From NCBI GenBank assembly GCA_009914755.4, contig CP068257.2, positions 43,488,001 to 43,552,000 of the forward strand: 64,000 bases of DNA, given 5' to 3'. The notes under the pieces were generated by a model. It searched no databases, was not told the origin of the DNA, and saw only the letters and a program-made list of their open reading frames with translations. Shown here in pieces: positions 37,936-50,678 of the stretch (the stretch's first letter is position 1; each line of letters begins with the position of its first letter). The stretch is from the human T2T-CHM13v2.0 reference genome, Homo sapiens. The translations under genes were made by a program, and so were the position numbers.

Positions 37936-40900
37936 AGTCCCAGACTCTCACCCAGTGCTCCCTTGCCCGCTCGGCCAACTGTCGTTTTGCAGACGGCAGG
38001 CTGGTCAGAGGCTTCCCATCCAGAGTGACCCATGAGGTGTTTCTGTTCCTTAGAAGAGGACGCTAATAGCTGCCTGGGAAAACAGTTGTTAATGAGGATT
38101 GTACTAAGTAGATCCCTTTCACATCAATAGTAACCAGTTTAAAGCCTTTTCATTTACAAATATTTCTGATTTAAGGACTTAGAGGTCAGTTCGTATACAG
38201 TCAAGTTTAGATGTGTTTTGGAGAAAGTGGATACAGCCCACAAGGTCCCAAAAGGCAACAGGGCACAGGTAACATTCCCTGGCTGTGATTAGTTGGTTGA
38301 GGACATCACAATTGGAAGCATCCACGTTCTTCCTCACAGGAAGCACTTGGCTGAGAGCTGTGGACACTGAGGATGAGGCTTGAGTCTGTCCTAGCAGAGC
38401 TCAGGGCCTGGTGGGAAAAGCAGGGTGGTCAGGCCAGCGGGGGAGTGAGCAGGGAGGGGCAACCAGCTTTGCACAAGGAGCCAGGAATCTCCCCCCCACC
38501 TCCACCCTGCACCAGGGGCGCTGACTCTGGGCCCTCAAGGCCCCCCACTGGGGACGCTGACTCTGGGCCCTCAAGGCCAGTGGCATCCACAGCTCCATCC
38601 ACAGCAGCGAGCCTTGTGCAGTTTCACCACAATAGTAGCACATGTGTGACCTCCTGGGGGCTGCTGGGGCCTATGGGAGTCGGGTGTGGACGGTGTGCTC
38701 CCTGGGCCTGCTCGGGGATGCTGAGTACCAGGCAGCAGTGAGTGGGGTGACTGAAGGGAAACTCGAGGGACATCTGGCCCTCTGCTCTGCCACGCTTGTC
38801 CCCATGCTTGCTGTGTTTGGTTTGGGGCCATTGGCCCTGCTCCTGTAGACTCAGAGTAGCTGTCTGTCCCACGTTGCCATAGCTGAGTTCACTCGGCACA
38901 GTCACCTTGGGCTGTGTGCTTTTTTTGCTGATCCCTTAACTGGTGAGAACTAGTGTACATTTGAACACTTGCCATCCAGTTGACACCTTTCAATAAAAAT
39001 TGCAGATTAATAATAAATGATAGAAGTTCATGCTTTTTCCTTCTGGTGAAGACCAACACATGGCCCTGTTTTAAAGAGCAGAAAGCTGCAGAGCCACTGC
39101 CACGTCGCAGGCACCATCCAGGATGTGTAGGCGTCTCAGGGATGTTACGGCACTCAGAGGATTGGTTTATTTTTAGGAAACAACTGTAGCAGCCAAGTGA
39201 AGACTCTGGACAGGGGAGGACAGCTGTTGAATGTGTCCACAGGGCCTGAAGTAGGCCACGAAAGCCCCAAGTTTGCCCCTGCGTTGGCACAAGTACTGGG
39301 GCTGCCAAGGAAAAGGCGGGGGTGGAGGAACTCAGTGTACAGCATGCCTGTGGGGGCAGGCATGGCGCCCGGGGTGGAGGGGTGGAGGAGACCGAGCCTG
39401 CCCCAGCCATGTGGGCCTCGCAGCCCACTGGGAGAGGCAGGCCACAAACAGGGAGACAAATTGTGGATTGCACTGTGCGTGGAGGGAGAGGGAGGGGGGC
39501 GGTGGGGTGGGTTGGTGCCGTGTGAGCTGGGACTTGAGCAGTAAGGTGGGGTCTGATGAAGCCTTGCGCGAGGACATGGCAGGGAGGGAACAGGGAAGCA
39601 CCCCAGGAAGTTGGAGAGGCTCTGGTGGGCATAGCGAAGGGCTGACGATGAGCACATGGGCATGTGTTAGAGCACGTTTTTTATTTATAAGGACATAACC
39701 CTGGCTGCTGCGAGGAGAGGGGCTCTCAGGGTCAAGAGAAGGCAGAGAGGCTCCTGCACAAGCTGAGTGGTAACAGCAGCGCAGAAGCAGACAGGCTGAT
39801 GTGTTTAGCCCAACTTTGGGAGAAAAGCTGGTGACATGGGGTGTGGGGTGAGAGGGGAGAGAGAACCAGGTAGTCTCCAGGTGTCTGGCCTGATGGCTGC
39901 AGCGAGGTGACAGGATTTACACATGTGCATTGGTACACCTGCTGCCCGGGATGGCCAGGTGAACAAGGAGTTGGCCTTTGTCAAAGCTGAAAACACCTTA
40001 CTTGAGGCCCCCTGGAGCGCCCAGGCCTCACCAGGCCCACCCCCGCCCAGCCACCCTAGAGTTGCCTTGCTGGGCCAGTCTACTACTGTCTGTGCGACTG
40101 GCATGTGGTTCTCCCGTGATGCATCCCTTTTAGTGAGGAAGGAACTAGAGCCACAGTTTGATGAAGTTGCTGACTGGACCACTGAGGTGTTAGTGCCCTG
40201 TGCAAGGTGCCCTGACACCTCTGCATGTTTCTTTCTGTCATTTGTCCTTGCTAGAATTTCCTCTTCTGTTTCAGTAGATTCCTATTCTCATCAATATTTC
40301 CCACTTAATATGATGAATATTGTACATTATTATTCTTATTTTAATTATCTCCTTTTGCATTGCACTAGAAAAAATGTGTTTGCTGAAAATTAGGCACAAA
40401 TCTTGCTTGCTCTGTGTACAAGATCTATAAAGATTCACTTAGCAGCTTGCAGGGACGGTTTCCTAGAAGGTAAAATATTTCACTGAAAATATTATCAATT
40501 GAATATTTTGGAACACTTTAGTGATATTGTTTGGTTTAGATAATACTGAAAGCAAAATATAAATTATGAGGTGAAGTGTATCTCTAAACATGCATGATTC
40601 GCTTGTTGAGTTTCAGATTGTTTTCGTTCAAATGATGTAAGAGGTTTATACTTCAGTTGCTTTTGTTAAATAAGCAAATCATCTTTCAATTTTTTTGCTA
40701 CAAAGTTAATCTAGCTTTGGAATGCTGCTTGATGTATAGTAAAGAATGAACACGAATAATCTCCACTTTAATACCGTTTCTTTTTTTTTTTTTAGTTTGC
40801 AGTTCAAAGCTATTAAATATGGAACCCATAGCAGTCATAAAGAATATGTAAAAGTTTTCTCAAAGCTATCCATTTTTGAGGGGAAAATGGATTTAATCCA

Positions 40901-42422
40901 GTAATATATGTTAGTAATTTTAATCAAGTTCACCAGTTGTCTTAAACAGTTTTTAATCTATAAACTTTTAGTGGACTCCTAAAGATGACATTTTTTACCA
41001 GCACAATAGAAACTATTCAAGTTCTGATGCATCTTTAATGTAAATAAGTCATGTTTTTAATATTTTATTCCAGGATATGTTTTTTCATTAAGGGAAGGGG
41101 AGAAAAAGGGTAGGTATGCTCATTGTCCAAAGTTGATAAGAACATTATATTTATATATATTGTTTATACTTGTGGTTGCAATGTATCTATAAAAAGGTAT
41201 AAAGAATAATATAACAATCATTTACCTACCCCCAGTACAAAACGTATAACATTGTCAATTTGACCATGTTAGCTGAAATCAAAAGCGAGCTCATGAAGAA
41301 ATGATCAGGACACGGTGAGGGAACGGCCTTGTTTGATCCAGCTTGATCTTCTTCCATGTCGGCACCCAGTGTCTGGTCCTGTTTATTAAAAATAAAAAGC
41401 ATGTTCATATGTCCCTGATTTAAAATGCCACCTTTACCAAATATTCTGTGTCTGGATGTGTTGTGTCTGATTCTGGGTTTTTCTTCCATCACATTGACCC
41501 TCTTTGTCCGTGAGCCACGCTGTGTTGCGTTAGGCACTGAGGCTCTTTATTTCTAATAGGAAGGACTAAGCCACCTGCTCCTTTGGTTCAGAGTTTTCCT
41601 GAGTATTTGAGTCTGTTTATCCTTTTCACGTAAATGTTAGAATCAGCTTGTCTAGTTCCATTAAAACAAGTTGGATTTGTACCTGGAACCAAGTGAAACT
41701 GAAGTCTCAGGTCTTCTGCAGTCAAGTTCAATGTTCTTCCACACTCACCACCTCCCAGCTCTGTCTTCTTACTGCATTAGGAGGCATTCTGAGAAATGAA
41801 GAGGTTGTTTTGAATATTGCTATCAAATAAGTCTTTTTTTTTTAATTGACCATTCTTGGAATTTTGTTCCATAGGGGATATTTGATAGGGTTTTAATTCT
41901 TATTTGTTTGTAGTTCAGGTCATAAGAGGTTCTTTTAAAAAGGGAAGAAAAAATAGCTCTGTGAAATGTGCTAAAGTGCTTGCATGTGCTGTTTTGCTTT
42001 GTTTTATAACCTTTGGTACAAGAGTTGGCATTCGTCAAAACTGAAAACGTTGGCTTCTGCTCTGCAAGAGATTTGTAGCTCCCATTCTTAATGTGGGCGG
42101 TACCTGCAGGTACTCACCTGCCACCACACTCGGCATGACTATTTTCTACTGCGAGACATTTTCCATGTCCTTTTAAAAGAATTTTAATATGTAAGGGCAG
42201 GAAAACAAAGTGAACTGTATGAATTAGGTGAACTACATGAGCTGGGCTCACTCCTGTGCCTCTGCACTTTTATTGTTGTTGTAAAGTTTGTTTTTCCTGG
42301 TCCCAGAAATCTGAGAGAAGTCAGCCTTCTCAGGCAAACCAATTATTGATTAATTATGTATAAGAATTAAATTAGCCATTTGTGTGTCTTCTGCCTATTA
42401 TTAATAAACTTTTTATTTTGAA

Positions 42423-42710
42423 GGCTGGGTGCGGTGACTCATGCCTGTAATCCCAGCACTTTGGAGGTCAAGGCAGGCAGATCACCTGAGGTCAGGAGTT
42501 CAAGACCAGCCTGGCCAACATGGTGAAACCCCATCTCTACTAAAAATACAAAAATTAGCCAGGCATGGTGGCACGTCCCTGTAATCCCAGCTACTCGGGA
42601 GGCTGAGGCAGGCAGCTTGAACCTGGGAGGTAGAGGTTGCAGTCAGCCGAGATAGCGCCACTGCACTCCAGCCTGGGTGAGCGAGATTCTCAAAAATAAA
42701 AAATAAAAAA
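42423..42710 (+). mobile_element. Alu SINE, sense, inserted into an older L1. Flanked by a direct repeat of about 14 bp (actttttattttga), interpreted as a target-site duplication.
   Basis: ggctgggtgcggtgactcatgcctgtaatcccagcactttggaggtcaaggc...ctgggtgagcgagattctcaaaaataaaaaataaaaaa. The flanks at 42405-42421 and 42711-42727 are near-identical. Confidence 0.9.
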
Positions 42711-43900
42711 TACTTTTTATTTTGAGATAATATAGATTCACATGTAGTTGTAAGAAGTAATACTTATATGAACGTAAGCCTTCATTTCTCTGGGATAAAT
42801 GCCCAGGAGTACAATTGCTGAGTCATGTGGTAGTTGCATATTTTATTTTTAAGAAACTGCCAAACTACTTTCTAGAGTAGCTATCCCATTTTACATTTCT
42901 GCCAGCAGTCTATGAGAGATCCCTTTTCTCCACAGCCTCATTTCACCTGGGGCTGTCACTATCTTTAAAGCAACACTATGTTGAATAGCCCTTCTCGGAG
43001 GTGTGCAGCGGAGTTATCTCACGGTAGTTCTCAGCTGCATTTCCCTAGTGACTCGTGATCCTGAGCATCTTTTCATGAGTTTATTTTCCATCTGTAGATC
43101 CTCTTCGTGTCCTTTGCCCATTTTCTAATTGGACTATTTGTTTATTTTACTGTTGAGCTTTGAGAATTTCTTATATATTCTATTTGTTGGATATATATTT
43201 TTCAAATATTTTCTCCCAGTCTGTAGCTTGTTTTTTCATCTTTTTAACAGGGACGTTTGCAGAGAAAAAGTTTTTAACTTCCAGTTTATCAGTTGTTTCT
43301 TTTGTGGATTGTGCTTTTGGTGTGAAGTCTAAAAACTCTTTGCCTAGCCCTAGATCCTGAGGATTTTCTCCTGTAACTTTCTAAAAGTTTTATAGTTTTA
43401 TGTTTTGCATGTAAGCCCATAATCTATTTTGAGTTAAGTTTTGAATAAGGTAGGAGACCTGAATTGAGGTTCATTTTTTTGGATCTCTAGTTGCCCCAAT
43501 AAGGCTGTGCCTCTTCACGAAATTGCTTTTGCACCTTTGTCCAAAATCAGTTGGACATATTTGTGTGGTGTATTCGGGGTTCTCTGTGCTATCCTCTTGT
43601 GATCTGCTCGTCTGCCCCTTGCCAACACTGTACCGTACCGATGACTGTAGCTTTGTAGTAAATGCTGAGATCAGCTAGACTGATTGCTCCCACTTTATTT
43701 TTTTTTTATGGTGGTTACATTAAAGTCTTTCTAAGAGAATTCTAACACCTGTGTCATCTCCGTGTTGGCATCTGTTCATTGTCTTTTTTCATTTAGTTTG
43801 ATATCTTCTGTTTCTCGATGTGACAAGTGATTTTTTATTGGAACCTGATTATATGATATTATGAGACTCTAAATCTTACTGAAGCCTTCTGTTTTAGCTG
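42711..43900 (-). mobile_element. LINE-1 fragment (older L1M/L1P-like, ORF2 C-terminal to 3'UTR region), antisense to the window. The 3' boundary is approximate.
   Basis: The + strand carries typical L1 antisense strings: ...taaatgcccaggagtacaattgctgagtcatgtggtag...actgccaaactactttctagagtagc...acatttctgccagcag..., ttttctcccagtctgtagcttgttttttcatc..., aagtctaaaaactctttgcctagccctagatcctgagg..., cagttggacatatttgtgtgg. Confidence 0.8.
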
Positions 43901-46609
43901 ACTTTCTCATACACCACGGTGTCAGAGGAAGCGGGGATGCTGTCTCATTACTGCTGGATGGGGGATAAGTCCAAGTTCCCCACTGGGGCTCCCGGATAGC
44001 TCCCTGTTGTGAGAGGGCCTCATCACTGCTCCATCTGGAGCCTTCACTGGCAGCACCGGCTAGCGTCGTTTCTACCAGGTGGAAAGAGAGCCCAGCTTCC
44101 CCACATAGTCTCTCATGACTCTGCACTGTGGCGTGGGAAGGGAAGGGGTTGTTAGAGCCTGGTGGAAATGAAGATTGTGGCTTGTCACTCAGCCTTGTCT
44201 GACACCACCCAACAAGGGGACTCTGGGGTTGTCCTTACAGTCTGGCACGGGTGGGGCGTGGTTGAGGTTTTTTGTTTGGTGTTTGGCTGGAATAAAGCAA
44301 TTCTTGTCTAAGAAGTTTTCTGTCTTGCTGGGCTACCTCTTTCCTGGTCCTTTGGCCAGAGAGAGCAGCTTTTGTTGCAGCTTTTTGTGTGTTTTGTTTC
44401 TGCCAATGCCTGCTGATGTTTCTGGCTTCCTCAGCTCTATGTTGAGAAAATGAAGCAAAAGGAAAATGCAGGGTCGCTTCTCAGGTCCTGAGGCCCCCTG
44501 GCTTGTCAGCTTTCTCTACATCTCTCAGTCTTTTTATGTGTGTTTTATGTATAATATCCAGGATTTTTAGTTGTATTTAATGGGAGGAAAAAGGAGAAGA
44601 ACTCTGTCTTCCCACTGAGGAAGTTCCTTTGCCTATTTAAAACCAGTTTCAGCCAATAAGAACAGAGCTATTTGGACAGGCTTATTCGTTGTTCCTCCAG
44701 TTTATAGTTTGGGCTTCTGAGAAGCGCCTTGCCATCACTTTGCCTGCATAACCTCAGTGCCCTCACACAAGCCACCTGTTTTCCCGTCTTCGTGATATGC
44801 TCAGCCAGACCCCTTGTCTGAAGCTCAGTTTGACGAGCATGTCCTCATTTTTTGGCCTGATCCCTCCAGCCAGGAGGCTCCTGGGAGCACCCACAGCCTA
44901 CTGAGGGCATCTGCCCTGACTGCAGGGGTCTTGCCCTCTGTGCCTACATCTCACCTCCCATTCTAGACCTTAACCCAATTACTTTTTATCAGTCCTTCCA
45001 TAATGGAAATATTAAAACATATACAAATATACAATTGTATCAAGAACTCTGCATGCCCGTCAGCCACATCAGTAATTACCAACCAGGGCCCATTTGTTGG
45101 TTTTGTCTACACTCATCTATGTTTTTCTCACCACACTGAATTATTTTGAAGTAAATCCTAGATATTGTCCTTTCATTTGTAAATACTTCAGTATATGTCA
45201 CTAAAAGAGAACTGCCATTTCTACACCTAAAATAATTTATCATAATTCCTTAATATAATCAGCTGTTCAGGCAGTATTTACATTTAAGTTTCTCAGAATC
45301 TGATTTAGGTTCTTGTATCTAGCACAAGTGCTTTGCACGTAATAGATTCTCAGAAAATATATCTTGAAATAGTTAATGACTATAAAATAATAATGCTTTT
45401 AAAACTATCTGGAAAACTTTGTTGAATAAAGGATTCTAAAGAGAAACTCATTTAACTTTCAGCAACACATTTGCCTGAAATATAGTGAGATTGAAAGTTA
45501 TTAACATGATTTCATGAAAAACTATATATATAAAATATCTATTTTTAGATATATGATATTTGATATAGATATATAAGATATATGCATGTTTTAGTACATT
45601 TTAGTCACCATTTTCTAAGAGCAATGAATTTGCCTTTTAGTGATTTATAAGTTTTATTTGTACACAAAGTAACGTGTGATTATAAAATTTGCAAATCTTC
45701 TTTTTCCTCAATTGCAATTTGATGATATTATTTATTATAGAACATGTATTAATACAGTCTGACAAAGTATAACTAAAATATTTAAGAAGAGGAAACTCTT
45801 AAATTTGTTAGTAACTAGAAATTGTAATACCTGTTCTTTGAGGATTTCCTGTGGTTTCTCCTGCCAACAAAATAATACTTATATGTAACTAAGAAATTAG
45901 ATTGAATTTTAGCAGTCATGTGCACTTTAGTTTTGTCTGCATAAGGAGCTATTCAAGGTGAGAGAGAAGTAGCTAAGTGAGAAGCTGTAGGTTCTGGTTC
46001 TGCTGTGTGGCTTTAGTTTACAGCTGGAAGCCAAAAGTCTACCCAGAGTAAAGATAGATGGCAAGTATGTGAGCGCCCTTCTGAGGTCTGTCGCCATCTG
46101 TCATGGCGTGTTGTGTCCTTAGTCCATCCTGCAGCAGGCGTCTTTCCAGAGTGCAAATGCCAGTGCCTTTGTCCCTAGTTCAGCGCTCTTCATGGCCCTC
46201 CATTGCCTGGAATCAAACCCACCCTCCTCAGAGTGGTGTGAGGTCCCTGGGCACTGGCCCTGAACCTCCCTTGCTGGGACCTGGTCCCACCCTCATCATC
46301 CCTCCATGTGGGAGAATCCACGCGAGACGTCCTTTGCTGTGCTGGAATCCACGCGAGAAGTCTTTTGCTGGACTGGAATGTGCCAAGGAGGAGTATTTTG
46401 TACCAGATGGCAGATCTGACTTCTCTAACAAGACCTAGTTCTTATTTTATGATTTTTTTCCTTTAATTTGTAATAATGTTGTAATTATTTCCTTAGAGTA
46501 GACTTACTTCATATTACTCCTGTCATAGGCACACTAAATGCTATTTTCTTACTGTCTTTCAGACAGAAACAGTCTCCGCCAGTCAAGAAACCCTCAAAAG
46601 TATTTTGCC

Positions 46610-46637
46610 ATGGATATAGAAGATGAAGAAAACATGA
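46610..46637 (+). CDS. ADARB1: ADARB1 start-codon exon, coding part ATG GAT ATA GAA GAT GAA GAA AAC ATG A (MDIEDEENM + 1 nt). Exon body 46563-46637.
   Basis: Acceptor ttactgtctttcag|ACAG at 46562/46563. Donor ATGA|GTAAGA at 46637/46638. Joins in phase to 50679 to give [21 protein letters not shown], which is the ADAR2 N-terminus as I recall it. Confidence 0.85.
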
Positions 46638-47534
46638 GTAAGATCTAGGCCTATCACGTAGTATCAGATAGCTAATTTTATGTTAACATTTTGGTGTTTT
46701 TGCAAATGTATTTCATGAGACCAGTGTGGGGATTGTGTTTTTTCCCGTAACATCTTCTACTGACAGTGGCATGTTTTTAATTTTTGGTGTGTTCTCTGCA
46801 ACAGGTGTCAGAATTTGCTGCAGACGTTTTTCCTTCCTCGTTATCGTCGTGGGGCATCACTGTGCCCCGTGGAATGGGCTTCTGGGTATATCTCATGAAG
46901 CCCCACTGTTTCATGTGGAGTCCTGTCACGGCATGCCTCTCAGAATAATGCTCTGAGTATTCACACATACAAATCGAAGATAACGTCTGAGATTGATTTA
47001 AATACCCAGGCCTTTGCAATAATAGGACAGAAATATTTCCCTTCAAAATGCAGGTTCTCGCTGCATTTTGAAGGAAGGGGATTCACACGTGTCTGTTGAT
47101 CTAAAGTTCGCAAAGGTGCTAATGAGAGCTGGGACTGGTGTGGGCCTCCTCCTTCCGTGCTGTTCTCTCTGGTGCCGGGGTGGTGGAAGGCCGCTGGGGT
47201 ACGTTGGTGTTTCGGTGAAGGTACTTATCTCTTCTAGTTCATCTTCAGTCCCAGAAAACAGGTTTAGATGCTTCCACGGAAGTTGGGAGAGTTTAGTAGA
47301 GAAATTACAACAAAGGCATCATTGCTCTAACTAATATAAATATCTGTATTTACCTTCTTACTTGTCTGAAGGAATAACATGCAGCTGTCAATGATGAGTG
47401 ACATGTCACTGGGAGTGATTATTGAGCATTAGAACTTAGCACTTTCCCTTTGACTTTACGCACAACCGATGATCTGGGGTCTTGGAGTCACTCTTGCGTA
47501 CCATGTAGAACCCAAACCATGACCCAGTGAAGCA

Positions 47535-47585
47535 TTTCTGCATGGTATTGATTTCTGCATGGTATTGATTTCTGCGTGGTATTGC
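47535..47585. repeat. 17-bp tandem repeat x3 (atttctgc(a/g)tggtattg).
   Basis: Visible direct repetition. Confidence 0.8.
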
Positions 47586-49372
47586 TGCCCCATGGGTGTG
47601 CTGTGGAGGCGGCTGGGCCTCTGCTCTATGGACTGTGTGCTAAGTGTTGGCTTTGGTTGAAGTCAGCCATCTGGGGTGTGAGGGTGAGACCACCTCCTGC
47701 AGTGCTACCCAGGAACCACGGGACCAGCGTGCTCACCTCACTTCCGCTGTTGTGTGCGCAGCCCGTGCCTGCCTGCTGGTGATTGTTTTTTTCAGGTTTT
47801 TATCCTCATCAATCCTGCTCTTGAGATCTTTTAAAAACCCAGCTTCATGTTTTTACTGGGCAGTTCTACTCACTGTTTCCAAGTTTGTGACAAGTTTTAA
47901 GAGAGAGGTTACGTCCATACTCCTCATTTGAGAAAATGTGACCTGTGCTTGGCCCGTGCAGTAGCCCACCAACGGAGCATGTGCAGGGGTCCTCAGGGCC
48001 TCTGTGTCAGGACTGTGGCCTACAGCCTACAGCTGCAGTCACCTCGCATAGACAGAGGCTTTGTGATCGTGTAGGTTCTGGAACTATCCCCAAACTGATC
48101 CTGTGATCACTTGACATGATAAAGAATCCTCCCACATTTTTCTGTGAAGAGAAGCCGATGTTGTAGTGCTAAAACGTGGACATTCTGGTCCTGTATTTGT
48201 ATCATTTTGAAAGCAATGCAAAGCCCTGTCATGATCAGTATTTACATTTATGAAGTGTAGTAGCATGATACAGAAAGAGAAGGCATCTGTTGAAGAAAAG
48301 CTGTGAAAGTGGCATCTTTCTCTAGTTTTAGTATTTTCCTTTATGATAGTAGCATTTTCAGTGACAGTGAGAGTAGTATTTCAGTGTGCCCCTGAGGTGA
48401 ATAAGAATTTAGAATGTATGGAATCTGTATCACAGAAAGTGTATTCTTCTCAAGATTATTTGTCAATCCAATAGTAATTATTTTTATTTCTGAAAGGAAA
48501 GCATTTGGTTATTTCAGAGGTTATAAATATTTGGTTAAATGCATGTCCAAATACATTTATAATGATTTGATTTTTGATATTGATAATTGTTTAGCAACAA
48601 AGTCAAAATGTAAGCAGTAATCTAGTATGTCATGTTCTTGCTCAGTTTATTAATCTCTGAATTCCATCTTGGCTCTATTTTTTTTAACCTTTTGTTCCCT
48701 TTGAGCACCGAAAGGAGTAACCTATCGAGCTTTTGCTGGAGGATGTTATAAATGAAAATTTAGTGTCCATTCCATCAGCTTTGTCAACTGGGAGAAGTGG
48801 TGTGTGTGTGAGGATTATTTTGGAGAAATAATGTCTGTAGAGAAAGTTTTAAATCTCTTAGCCTCTACCACAGTGTGGCATCAGTTTTCCCATGGATTGT
48901 GTCTAAACCAGGTTTATGCTCTGCTGTCTTGGCCGAATGATGACAGCCCTGGAATTAGAGATCTTTAACCTCAAAGATTGGCAGCCAAGGGCGAGGACTT
49001 GGTCCCTTTAAACATTCCCATGGATGAAGCTGATGAATATTTTCACAACTTTTCAGTTTGCTTAACGTAATGAGAATCTACCATTTTACACATGTAGTAG
49101 AAATAGACCCTAAAGCCACCATATGGGGCACTCGTAAATTGGTTTACAATTTTAGTAATATTTTGGTTACTTTAAAAAATACAGATTTTTGAAATCTAGT
49201 GGTAGATGTCTTTAACTTTCATTCACATTACAACCTTGCAGGGCACTGTAGCCCTCACCCTTGGGCTCCATGTGACAGCTGCCTAGCCATGATGGAAAGG
49301 AATTATTTCTTCTTCTCCTTTTTAAAAAGCTTGATGAACACTTTATACTCCTCTTTTTAAAATAAAAAATTA

Positions 49373-49702
<330 letters not shown>

Positions 49703-50631
49703 TTAAAAATTATGTTTATTTTGCCATGTAATTTTACAATTCTAAAATTGTCTGTATTAATTCAAAATCTGAAATACCTTTAAAAGTTAGGATAAACAAA
49801 TTATTCTGGAAATTCATCAAATAATTGTTTTAAAAAAGACAAAATCACCAGAAAGTGTATTTATGAAGTTAGGAAGTTGTAACCTGCCTACAGCTTCAGT
49901 TTTGTGTCTTGTTCTTACACACTTTTCCTATCATGGAACGATATTAAGGATTCAGACTTAGTCAGCCCCCATATATAATATTCTCATTTTTAAATAGATA
50001 CTAGAAATAAAACCATACCCTCCTAAACACAACAACTAAAAAGCCATAATACTTTACACAATTACATAAGCAGCTTTTAAAGATTGGTTCATAAACTAAA
50101 TCAAATAATTGCATTTATTGATTGAATATTTTAAACCTGAAAAACTAATTATCTTGTGAATGCATGTTTTTAAATAGTTTTCTCTTCTGAGAGACGCTGC
50201 AATTTAAAACCCTTAGATAGCATGAGGGTAAACAACAGTGAAAGGAAGATGCTAAAATAAATATATATTTATCCATATATTGATATTAAATTGTCATTTC
50301 ATTAGACTTATTAATGTAAGGTCTTTCTGGATTAATTTATCATCCCACATTTTGATAAGGTTGAAAAAGTCTAGGTACTTCAGAATATTCTCAGAAGAAA
50401 AAAAATTATTTAAAGATTTTACTTTTTAAAGCAAAAGCAGTTGGTGACACTAAATAGAAATGGTATTAGTCACTAAGCAAAGTGTCAGATTACTTGTTTA
50501 GTTGAGGCTGATAGTTCTTTAACTAAATGTATAACTCTTCATGTATACATCAAGGAATAAAATTTATAAGCACACATCACTTAACCAGTTACAAAGAGAG
50601 CTAAAGGAATCTATAAATTTTGCATTTACAA

Positions 50632-50678
50632 GATCCTGCAACGAAGGCATTGTAAGTTACTCTTTCTGGGCACCACAG
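50632..50678 (+). other. ADARB1: 47-nt alternative 3' splice-site extension of the large exon (ADAR2 self-editing cassette). The upstream AA dinucleotide at 50630-50631 becomes an AI (=AG) acceptor when A50631 is edited.
   Basis: The constitutive acceptor caccacag| is at 50678. Exactly 47 nt upstream the sequence is tgcatttacAA|gatcctgc, i.e. an AA dinucleotide preceded by a pyrimidine-rich tract. Inclusion (ATGA|GATCCTGCAAC...CACCACAG|GTTCC) shifts the frame and gives [35 protein letters not shown]. This matches the established ADAR2 auto-regulatory '-1 site' mechanism. The geometry is seen directly; the editing itself is not visible in DNA. Confidence 0.55.

Noticed and set aside
38889-39663. 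247-aa and 169-aa Pro/Ala-rich ORFs on the minus strand in a GC-rich block.
   Set aside because: No recognisable domain. Typical of GC-rich non-coding sequence. No splice or start context. Overlapping frames on both strands are open.
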